IMG/VR virus record: IMGVR_UViG_3300031972_003254
Location: 1-54,777 of that record
Origin: a virus
Lineage: Duplodnaviria; Caudoviricetes
Reading direction: 5' to 3' (one strand)
Length of the DNA stretch: 54,777 bases
Below are positions 34,634-46,600 of this stretch, piece by piece. How positions within the stretch are numbered: the first letter of the stretch is position 1; the number at the start of each line of letters is the position of its first letter. Made by a program: the position numbers and the translations under genes. The notes beneath the pieces are model-generated. The model was not told the DNA's origin. It ran no database searches and saw only the letters and a program-made list of their open reading frames with translations.

Positions 34634-37600
34634 ATGGAACGTGACCTTTTCGCGGAGATAGAATCTGGCCGCGATCAGCAGCCCGCGCAACGGGACCTGT
34701 TCGCCGAACTGGACGCGAAGCCCGCTCCGCAGAAGGCCGCTCCCCGGCAGACGGCGCCCGAACCGCAGCAGCCCTCGCGCGGTCTCGGTGCGTGGATCAG
34801 CGACACATGGCAGAGCGCCAGCGATGCCATGCAGCCGCTTCGGGAAGCCGTTGGCTATGATCCCGAGGCTGCGCGGCTCGAACAGGCGCGAGCGGCAGAC
34901 CGCATCCGCCAGAGGCAGGCCGCGGACCTCGCCGAGCAGAGCGGTCCGCTCGACCGTATCGGCGATTTCTTCACGCGCGGCGAAGTGGCGATGGACGCTG
35001 GAATGCAGCGCCTTGCCAGCGCGATTGAGACGGACCCGGTGCGGCGTCAAGACGCTATCGATGCAGCCCGCGCAGGCGAAGTCATCGCTCGCACACCCAT
35101 CCAAGGCGAAACCACTTGGGAGGATGTGAAGGGCAATTGGTGGAACGCCCCGAAGTTCGTGCTCGAACAGGGCGTCGCCAGCCTTCCGCAGATGGCTCTC
35201 TCCGCGATGGGGCCGGGCGTGCTCGTCAACTTCGGCAGCAACACCGGCCAGATTGCACAGAGCCGTGCCGAAGCCGACGGGCGCAAGGATGCGACCGGGC
35301 GCGATGCGGCATTTGCCGCGCCGTTCTCCGCAGCGTCTACCGCGCTCGATGTCGTCGGCCTCGGCTCCGTCATGGGCAACGCCGGTAAGACGGCAGCAGG
35401 TCGCATCGCAGTGGCGGCAGGCACCGAAGGTGTGACCGAAACGGCGCAGGGTGCAATCGAATATACCGGCGGCGCGTTCGGCACCCAGCAGGGCATGAAT
35501 GGCCGCGACCTGTTCGAGAACATGCTGCAGAGCGGACTCGTGGGCGCGGGCGTGGGCGGTGGGCTGCGCACCGGCATAGAGACCGGCGCTTCGGCTCCAG
35601 CGGCGGCGATCAGGGGCGCTCGTACCTTCGCTGGCGCGCTTCGCCGCGATCCCGGCCCCGGCCTTCGCGAACAGTCGGAAGCTGCGGCAGCATCCACGAT
35701 CACGCCCGAGGACGAAGCCAGCCCTCTCGACACTGCTGACATCGTAGCGGGCCGCGCCGAACTGATCCGTGCCGATGCGGGCAAGGCTGCCGACGAGGCC
35801 CTCGCGGGCGGAAACATGCCTGCCGTCGGCAAGCGCGTCGTCGTGACCATGCCGAACGGCGCGACATCGACGGGCGTGATGTCCGACGCCTTCACCAACG
35901 AGGACGGCAGCGGTGTCGTCATCGACCTCGATGGCGGCGGCAAGCTGCGCGAATACACCGACACCCTCGCCGACGCCGGGGTGACGATTTCCGAACTGTC
36001 TCCCACCGCCGAAGCCGACGCGATCGACGCACAGCTTGCCGCGCGGGCACAGGATGCTCTGGCCCCCTCCGAGGGTCTTCCCCTTCCCGCCGTGGATGCG
36101 GGCCAGCAGCAAGGCGCGGCACCCTCACGGACAGAGGGTGCCGCGCCGACCACCGGCACGCCGCTTCACTTCGGTATCGTCACGCGCCTGCAGGAACGCG
36201 GTCTGTCCGAAGCGGCCGCGCGCGGTGTGGCTGCCGGGATCCACGCTGAAAGCCGCAGCGATGCGCGCGCGGTCAACCCGACGAGCGGCGCGATGGGTGT
36301 CGGCCAGTGGCTCGGCTCCCGCAAGAAGGAACTCGTCAAGCGCTACGGTGCGAACCCGACGCTCGACCAGCAGCTCGATTTCCTCGTGTGGGAACTGAAC
36401 GGCGGCGACCACGGCGGCAAGGCGGTGCTCGCCGGGCGCGACGAGAACGCCGTGCTCGAGGCCTACATTACCAAGTTCATGCGCCCCGCGAAGGGTGCGG
36501 AGACGGATGGGGACCTGGCACGCGGACGTGCGGCCCTCGGCAGCCCGCTTGTCGCTGGCAGTGCTCCCGCAGTCATCGATGCCGCCGAAGGCATCGCCCT
36601 TCCCGAACGCGAGGCGGTGGACTTCGGTGCAGTTGCGAAGATTGAAGGCGCGCCGCGCGAGGATGACGGCACCACGGAAGAAACCGCCGGGACGGACCTG
36701 CGCGGGCCGGACCTTGACGCGGAGTGGGTCCGCTTCGCGGAAACCTCGGGCACGCGGAACGTCCCACGCGCGGAGATGCCGCAGATCAAGGCCGAGCATC
36801 GCGGCGCAATGGTGCAGTTCCTGAAGGCGCGCGGGGTCACGCATCAGGAAATGATCGTGCCCGCCAGCACGCTCAAGCCGACACAGGCGGAATTCTCCCC
36901 CGCGAAGGTGCAGGCCGCAAAGGACTATAAGGGCGGCGACCGGGCCATCCTGATCTCCAACGACGGCTACGTCCTCGATGGACATCACCAGTGGCTTGGC
37001 GCTCGCGACGGCGGCGGCGAGGTGCGCACGATCCGGCTCGACGCACCTATCGCCGAACTGATCCCGCTGGCGCACGAATTCCCGAGTTCGACGCAGGCGC
37101 AGGAGACGGATGCTCCAGCGATAGCAGGCGCGGACACCGAAGCCGCCGCGAAGACGCCTGCGGACGCGAGCAGCGTGACCGAATCGGCAGTGCGCGTCGA
37201 GGAGACGCCATCGGGCAAAGGCTTGGCCGTCGTTGGTGCGAGTGAGGCCGATCTTGCCGCCATCGCCGCTGCGGCGCCCAAGGCGCGGGCGGTCAGGAGG
37301 GCGGACGGGGCGATGGTCTATTCGGCGAAGTATGCCGATGCGATCCGGGCGGCAGTGGCAGGAGAGGCAACGCGCGCGCAGCAAGAGCAGGATCCAGCCC
37401 TGACGCCTGACGAGCGCACTGCCCTGGAGCGTCTACTCGCCAGCGACCGCAAAGGCGGCGAAGGCTGGAGCAAGGACAGCGCGGCATACCAGCAGGCGAA
37501 GTCCATCATCGAGGCAGGCCGGACCCGCGATGCAGCCGATGAAAACCTGCTCGTCCGCGCACTGCGCCTTCGCGATGCTGCCGAGCGAGCGAAACCGCCA

Positions 37601-40600
37601 CAGAACGACGATGCGAACGGCCTGGCTGCCGATCAGCCGGAATCCGAAACGGTGTCGCCGAAAGTGGCCCCAAGCCTTGCAGTCAGTGACCAAGCCAGCA
37701 TCGATTTGCTGAGCCGGATGGCCGAGAACGAGGACGACGGAAAGATCACGCCGTTCGACAGCGCAACCCTTCGCGCGAAGATGTTGATCGACGGCGGTTA
37801 TGTCGTGGAAAACAAGGGCGGTAAGACGGGCGCGATGTGGATCACGTCCGAGAAGGGTCGTGCCGTTCTGGACAGAGCAGGTGTCCGGCATGCGCAGTCC
37901 CCCACTTCCACCCCCACTTCCACCCCCACCACACCTGCGCAAGGTGGGGACAAGCCCTCGTCTTACGGCATCTCCAACAAGGTGTTCACCTCCGATGCCG
38001 CCGAAAGAGCCCGCGCGCTACTGCGCGCCAAGCGCGACCAGCTCAACAGCGGGTTCGATCCGGAGATCGCGCAGGCTGGCCTGACCCTCATGGGCTACCA
38101 CATCGAGGCGGGGGCGCGGCAGTTCATCGACGCCGCACGCGCCGTGGCAACAGACCTCGGCATGACGCCGACGGACCTGCGCCGCTCCCTCCGCTCGTGG
38201 TACAATTCCGCGCGCGACTGGATGGAGGACAACGGCCACGACATTCGCGGCATGGACGACGATGCGGCGGTCAAGGTGGACCTGTCCCGGATCGAGCAGT
38301 GGGGAAGCGAACAGACGACACCGACTGCGCAAGGTGCTACGGGAGACGTCGATGCTGAACTTCCGAACGACCTATCTGAACGCGATGCGGGACCAGGCTC
38401 CCGCGATGTTCAAGGAACTTCGCCGAACGGGCGCGATGGAAGCGCATCTCAATCGCAAGATGGAAGAAGCCCGGATGATCTTCCGCGACCTGACCAAGGG
38501 CGCGAAGACGCTGCCGAGCGGGACAATCGCGGATCCGGCAATCGAGAGGGACGCGACCGAGCAAGTCTACGCGACGTTGATCGCGTTCCCGCCGCCAAGC
38601 GCGACGCCGGAAGCCGAACCGGGCCAGCCCGAGACGCCGCCCAGGCCGTAAAGGGCCGCGACTGGATCATCGAACCCGGCTCGCTGGACGAAAGCCGTCC
38701 CGCCCTGCAGAAGGCGCGCGACAATGTCGATGCCATTGCGCTGGTCAAACAGATCGAGGCCGAGGGCCGCCCGGCGACTAAGGCAGAGCAGGCTGTCATC
38801 GCCCGCTATGTTGGCTGGGGCGGCCTGAAGAACGTCTTTCCCGATACCAATGGCGCGTTCGGCAAGGGTTTCGAGCAGCTTGGGCCGCGCCTGCGCGAAC
38901 TGCTGAGCGATGCCGAATACGAGACGGCTCGGCGCTCGATCCAGTATGCGCACTACACGTCCGAAAAGGTCGTGCGGCCGATGTGGGATATTGCCCGCGA
39001 GCTCGGCTTCACCGGCGGCATGGTGTTCGAGCCGGGCATGGGCACCGGTAACTTCCGGGGCATGATGCCTGCCGATCTTGCGGCGTCGAGCCGTTATCAA
39101 GGCATCGAGTACGATCATCTGACCGCGTCGATCGCAAAACTCCTCTACCCGCAGTCCGGCGTTCGACAGGCGGACTATACCACCATGCCGGGCCTCAAAG
39201 GCGTGGCAGACCTGGTGATCGGGAATCCTCCCTTTTCCGAGACCGCGATCAGCGCCGATCCGGAGTACGCGAAGCACAAGTTCCTGCTCCACGACTTCTT
39301 TTTTGCCAAGTCGCTCGATGCGCTGAAGCCGGGCGGTTTGCTCATGTTCGTGACCTCGGCCGGCACGATGAACAAGCGCGATGCGAAGGCGCGCCAGTAT
39401 CTCGCCGACCGCGCGGACCTCGTCGGTGCGATCCGGCTTCCGGGCAACGCCTTCGAAGAAAATGCCGGCACGTCGGTAACGACCGACATCGTCATCCTGC
39501 GCAAGCGCATGCCCGGCGAGGCGGCAGCCGACCAAGGTTGGGTTGCGACTGACACCCGTACCTTGCCGACGCGCGACGGCGGCACGCATACCGGAGCCGT
39601 CAGCCAGTACTTCAACCAACACCCCGAGATGGTGCTGGGCGAGGAAAGCTTCTTCGACAAGCTGGTCGCAGGTCCGCGATACGCCGTCCGCGCGCCAAAG
39701 GGCTTCGATCTTGAAGCGGCAATCCGCACGGCAGCGGACACGCTGACAGGCGCAGTCGTCACCACAACTCCGAGCGCCGAACCCGTTGGCGCGGCGGACG
39801 TTGACCTGACGTCGACCGAGCGGAAGGACGGCTCCTACTACCTCGACGATTCCGGGCGGCTCATGCAGTACCGCGGCGGCGTCGGCGCTCCCGTTCAGTC
39901 TCAGGGCAAGGGCGTACAGGGGGGCATGTCGAAGGCAGCACAGGAGAGGGTGCGAGCCCTCGTGCCTATCAAGGAGGCGCTGCGCGAAGTCTACGCCGCC
40001 GACCTCAAGTCCGACGGCGCGGCGGGCGACGCGGCCCGTCAGAAGCTGAACGTCACCTACGATGCGTTCGTTCAGAAGTTCGGCCCGATCAACAAGACCG
40101 ACATCAGCTACCGCAAGCCGAGTCGCGTCGAGATCGAGGGGCTGCGCGCAGCCGCCCGCGAAGAGGCCCGCCTGGCCGGTGCCGAATGGGACGACGGCAG
40201 CTTCGATGTGCAGCCGATGCTCGACGACGGCCTCAGCATGGCGGAGATCGCGCGCGCCCGCGAGGAAGCACGCGACGCGGCAAAGGCGGCTGGGCGTATC
40301 TGGAACGAAGGGACTTTCGAACCTGAGGACGTTCCGGAGAAGGTCGTCGAAAAGCGCCCCAACCTCGATCCGTTCATGGACGATGAGGAAGGCTACCGTC
40401 TCGCTGCGATCGAGCACTACAACAAGGACACCGGCGAATCGGCGAAAGGCCGCGTGTTCTTCGAAAACGCCGTCAAGCTGGATGCCGCGCCAAAGATAGA
40501 TTCGGCGCAGGACGCGCTTCTCTACAGCCTCAACCGGCTGGGCCGCCCCGACATCGGCATGATTGCCGACATGGCAGGCATGTCGCGTGATGCCGTCATG

Positions 40601-43600
40601 GAAGAGCTTGGCGAACGCCTGTTCGAGGTGCCGGAGCAGCGGGGTGTGCACGAGACCGGAGAGATGTACCTATCCGGCAACGTCCGCGAGAAACTGGCGG
40701 CCGCGCGTGAGGCTGCTGAGCGCGATCCGGCCTTCGACCGCAATGTGCGCGCGCTCGAGGCGGTAATGCCAAAGCCCCTCACCCCTTCGGAGATCACGGC
40801 CAACCTCGGCATGCCGTGGATCCCGGCAGACGTCGTCCGCAGCTTCATGCTCGACAAGATGGAACTGCGCACCGCGAATGTCAGCTACCTTGGCAAGCTG
40901 GCGCAGTGGCTTGTGACCGGCGACAAGGCAAGCTCGGCAGCTACGTCCACCTGGGGCACCGATCGAATGGACGCGGTGGACCTCATGCTTGCCGCACTCA
41001 ACCGTCAGACACCGATTGTGCGCGACCGGATCAGGACGGCGGAGGGCGACAAGAGCATCGTCAACGAGGTCGCCACACAGGCTGCGCAGGACAAGATGGC
41101 CGAGATCAAGGAGGCATTCCGCTCCTGGGTCTGGAACGACGACACCCGCGCCGCCAATCTGGTCGACCTCTACAACCGCGACTACAACAGCCACGTCGCG
41201 CCCAGCTTCAACGGGTTCTACCTGACCACGCCGGGAATCGCCTCGACGTGGCAATGGCGTCCGCATCAGACGACCGTCGTTGCGCGTATCATCCAGTCTG
41301 GCAACACCTATATGGCGCACGAAGTGGGGGCCGGTAAAACCTCGGCGATGATCGGCGCGGGCATGGAAATGAAGCGCCTCGGCCTCGTCTCCAAGCCGAT
41401 GTACGTCGTACCCAACCACATGCTCGGGCAGTTCACCAAGGAGTTCTACGAGCAATATCCGCTGGCCCGCATCCGGGTGGCCGACGAGCGCCGCTTTCAT
41501 ACTTCGCGGCGCAAGGAGTTCGTGGCGCGAATGGCTGCCGACGACCTTGATGCCGTCATCATCACGCACTCGGCGTTCGGCTATATCCCGATGTCGGACG
41601 ACTTCACCGCAGGCATGGTCGAACAGCAGATCGACGACCTTGAAGACCTGTTGAAGGAACTCGGTAAAGGTCAGGACGTCCGCATCACGCGGCGCAAGGT
41701 CGAGCAGCAGAAGGAGGCGCTGGAACAGCGTCTGCGCGGGCTGACCAACAGGAAGCGCGATCAGGTTTTCACCTTCGAGGAAACCGGCGTTGATTTCCTG
41801 TTCGTGGACGAGGCGCACGAGTTCCGAAAACTCGATTTCGCCACCCGCATGGGTGACGTGAAGGGTATCGACCCGCAGGGATCGCAGAAGTCTTTCGACC
41901 TGTTCGCAAAGACCCGTTACCTTGAACAGCAGCGCCCGGGCCGGAATCTCGTCCTTGCCTCGGGCACGCCCATCACGAACACCATGGCCGAATTGTACTC
42001 GGTCAGCCGCTACCTGCAGGGCGCTGAACTGGAGAAGCGCGGCCTTGGCCACTTCGACGCCTGGGCCGGCGCTTTCGGTGACACGGTCACGGCGCTGGAG
42101 CAGGACCCCGCCGGAGGGTACAAGCCGCAGACTCGCTTCGCCAAGTTCATCAACGTGCCCGAATTGTCCGTGATGGTCCGGCAGGTGATGGACGTCGTAG
42201 GCGCTACCGAACTTCGGCAGTACGTGTCGCTCCCCAACCTGAAAGGCGGCTCCCGGCAACTCGTATCGGTGGAGATGACAGAGAACCAGGCGGCTTACAA
42301 AGGCACGCTGCAGCGGCGCATGGAGGCGATTCAGCGCCGCAGCGGCCCGCCGCAGAAGGGTGACGACATCTTGCTGTCCGTCATCGGCGACGGGCGCAAG
42401 GCTGCCATCGACTATCGCCTCATCGACTCTACCGCTCCGCGCGAGGAAGGATCGAAGTTGGAACGCATGATCCAGGAGGTTGCGCGCCGCCACAAGGAAT
42501 TCAGCCGCACGCCGTTCCATGCGCCGCTACCCGCCGGGGCGGGGTTCTCCGAGAAGGCCGAAACCTACGGCCCGGCAACGCAGATGATCTTCTCCGACTT
42601 TGGCATCAACGGCGACTTTCCGGTCCACAAATATATCCGAAGTTCACTGATCGAGCGCGGCATTCCGGCCGGGCAGATCGCCATCATCAGCGATTTCAAG
42701 ACGCACGTCGCAAAGCAGCGCCTCTTCAACGACATGAACGAGGGCAAGGTGCGCGTGCTGATCGGCTCGGTTGCCAAGATGGGAACGGGCGTCAACGCGC
42801 AGCGACGCCTGCGCGCCCTGCACAACATGGACGCGCAGTGGTACCCGGCCAACGACACTCAGCGGAACGGTCGGATCATCCGCCAGGGCAACATGAACCC
42901 CGAGATCGAAATCCTCGATTACGCGACCGAGGGCACTTACGATTCGACCATGTGGGGTCTGATGGCCAAGAAGGCCCGGTTCATCGAGGGGTTCATGCGC
43001 GGCGATCCGACCATGCGCGACATGGAGGACCTGGGCGAAGCCAGCCAGTACGAGCAGGTTTCGGCGATGACGACCAGTGACCCTCGGATCATGGAGTTGA
43101 CCGAGTGGGAGCAGGAGCTTGAGAAGATCGAACGGCGCAAGGCAGCGCACGAACGCGACCAGCAGAACATTCGTCTGGAAATCATGCAAGCGGAGGAGCG
43201 CGCGGCAAGTACGTCGGCGCGCATTCCCCTGATTGAACAGGACATTGCGGCCCGCAATCTGCCTGAAAATGACGCATTCACCGGCGTCGTTCGAGGGCGG
43301 ACCTACGACGACAAGGCTGAGTTCGGTGCAGCGCTTATGGATGCCGCCGAGGACATTACCGGACGGGCGAACGGAAAGACGCTTCGCGAAGGTGTGGGCG
43401 AATTCGGCGGGTTTAAGATTGCGGCAGAATCGCACCCCGGCATGGATGGCACTGAAGCCAGCTTCTACATCAAGCGGGCGGGCGGGCGGGAAAGCCGCGT
43501 CGACATGGGCTCCGATGCCAGAGGCCTTGTGACGCGCATCACCAATGTTTTGCGCAGGTTCGACGAGGATTTGGATTGGGCGCGTTCATCCGTCGAGGCA

Positions 43601-46600
43601 GCCGAGCGGCGCATGGCCGACTTCCGCCCCAAGCTGGGCGCGAAGTTTGATGATGGCGGCAAGGGCGCTGACTTGCGCGAGAAGATCAATGGGCTTGAAG
43701 CTGCGTTGGCTGCCGAAAGCGCAGCAGCAGAAGCCGCGAGGAAGGCAGCCCCCGGCGAAGCGCGGCAATCAATCCCCGAGGCCGACCTGCCAGTTGTTGC
43801 CGAGCTCACTGGCTCGGAGCTTGGCAAGCTGCTGCCACCCGGCCGGGCGCGCATCACGATGCTGCGCGACCGTGCAATCGCATGGTTTGCGCAGAACCTG
43901 CGCGGCAAGACGATCACGGCATCCGACGGCAAGCCGGTGGCATTCACCAAGCGCGGGCAAGCCAAATCCACCTCGCGCAAGGGTGACGAGGTCCTGCGCA
44001 TCGTGCCTGCCATTCCGGACCTGATTTCCAAGGGTGTCGTGCGACCTATGGAACAGCGCCTTCTGCCGAACGGCATCGTCAAGTCGGAGATGTTCGCCGG
44101 CATCGTCATGCTCGACGGCAAGCCGGTGCGTGCGGGTGCTATCGTGCTAACCGACAACAGCGGCAGCCGTCACTACGACCTGACCAACGAGGTGAGAAGC
44201 GCCACCGGGAACCCCGGCGAGCCGGGCGGTGCTACAGACAAGTCCAGCGTTCCGTCATTGGATGGTGAACCCGGCGGCGACTGGAACCTAATCCCGATTT
44301 CCGAGGATTTCAATGCGGCTCGCGAAGGGCTGGACGAAGCAGCCCTGGCCGAGCAGCTTCAGCAGCGCCTCGAAGGCTATGGGCTTGGGCGAAAGGTGGC
44401 GCTGCGTGTCGTAGAGACGCTGAACGGGGCGGCCGGCGACTATCGAGCGGCCCTGATCCGGATCGCGACTGACACATCGCAGGACGGGACGTTCACGCTC
44501 GACCACGAGGCGGTGCACGCCTTTCGTGACCTGGGCGTCTTCAACAACTCGGAGTGGGCCGTGCTGGCAGCGAAGGCCCGGCGCGATACCGGCCTCATGC
44601 GCTCGATTCGGCAGCGCTATCCCCGGCTGGATGCCGAAGCGCAGGTAGAGGAAGCCGTGGGCGACATGTTCGCTCGCTGGCGCCGCGGCGATTATCGCGC
44701 CGAGGGCACCGTCGCCCGCGTGTTCAAGCGGCTGGGAGAGATGATCGAGGCCATCGGCAATTGGCTGGCCGGGCGCGGCGCACGCACGTCAGAAGGCGTC
44801 ATGGAGGACATGGCAGGCGGGGATGTCGGTGTGCGCGAAGGGCGCGCTGCGTCCGCCGAGGCCGATGCTCGCCATGCCATTCCCGAACGCACGGCCATGA
44901 TCGAACTTGGCGGGAGCGACCCCACCTGGCGCAGCAAGATGAGCGATGCCTTCGACCGCTGGCGCACCGCCGTTCAGGATCGCTACCTGCCGCTCCTGAA
45001 AGTGCAGCGCGAGATCGAGCGCGCGACGGGCAAGCCGCTGCCGGTCAACCGCAATCCCTACCTCGGCGAGGAATTGATGACGGGCCGGATCGGCGCTGCG
45101 CTGGAGCAGCTTACGGACAGGCACGTTGGCCCGCTTTTCGATGCCATGCACGCGGAGAGCATCACCGCCGACGAACTGGAAACCTACCTCTACGCCCGAC
45201 ATGCACCGGAGCGGAACGAGCGCATTGCCTCGATCAATCCCGAATTCGAACAGGGCGAAGGCTCGGGCATGACCGACATCGAGGCCATGGCCGTGATGAA
45301 CCGGATCGAGCGCGAGGGACGCACCGAGGCGATGGAGCGACTCGCCGCGCGCGTGGACGCAATCCGGGAAATGACGCTGAACAAACAGGTCGAGACGGGC
45401 CTCATCAGTCAGGAGCAAGCGGACGAACTGCGCGCCACCTACGAGCACTATATCCCGCTGCGCGGCTTCGCGGAGATGGGCGAGGACGCCGATCCGGCGC
45501 TTGCCGACCGCATCAACCGTTCCGGCGGCGGCATCAACGTGCGCGGACGTGAAAGCAAGCCGGCCTATGGGCGGCGCAGCAAGGCGGACTCGCCGCTCGC
45601 CTACCTGATCCTGCAGGCCGAAAGTGCGATCGTGCGCGGCGAAACGAACCTTGTGGCGCAGAAGTTCGTGAACCTCGCAAAGGCCAACCCCGACGACGAG
45701 TTCTGGAGCGTCAACAAGGTGTCGCACCGCCAGCGGGTCAACGAGGAGACCGGGCTGGTCGAGCGTTATCTGACCCGCAACCTGCTGGCGGCGGACGCCG
45801 ACTGGACGGTGAGCGCCAAGTTCGGCGGCGTGGAGCGGCGCGTCACGATGAACCGGGCGAACCCTGCTGCCCGCCGCCTCGCCGACGCCATGCGCAACCT
45901 GACGCAGCAGCAACTCGATTGGGTGACGCTGCACCTTGGAAAGGTGAACCGGTTCCTTTCGGCGGTGAATACGAGCTACAACCCCGAGTTCGTCATCACC
46001 AATGCCTTCCGCGACCTGCAGACCGCAGCGTTCAACCTGAGCGGCGAGGAGGTCGAGGGCCTGACGCGCGGGGTTCTCAAAGACTATCGCGCGGCGCTGG
46101 TCGCATCGACCAAGGGCGCGTTCGGGCGCGGCGAGGGTGAGTGGGGCCGCTGGTACGAGGAGTTCGCGAGCGAAGGCGGGCGCGTCTACTTCAATCGCGT
46201 CGAGAACGTGGCCGAGATCAAGAAGCGGATCGAGAAAACCATCGCACTCGCATCGGTCAAGGCAGGCGACGGCTCCGCCCGTCTGCGTGCGAAAAGGGTC
46301 TTCATGGCGGTTCGCGACGGCATCGAAGGAGTAAACTCCGGCATCGAGAATGCCGTGCGCCTTTCCACATACAAGAACGCGCGCGAGCGCGGCCTTTCCC
46401 GGGAACGGGCGGCCAGCCTGGCAAAGAACGTCACCGTCAACTTCAACCGCCGGGGGACGATGGGGCCGGCAATCAACGCGGCCTACCTGTTCTTCAATGC
46501 ATCGGTGCAGGGCACCGCCCGGATCGCCATGGCGCTGCGGTCGAAGCGCGTGCGCAAGATGATGGCCGGCGTGATGATCGCGGGTGCCGTGACCGAAATG

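Noticed and set aside
37898-37932. Short CCCACTTCCACC duplication in the giant gene
   Set aside because: In-frame 12-nt duplication in a linker (SPTSTPTSTPT); no sign of phase variation
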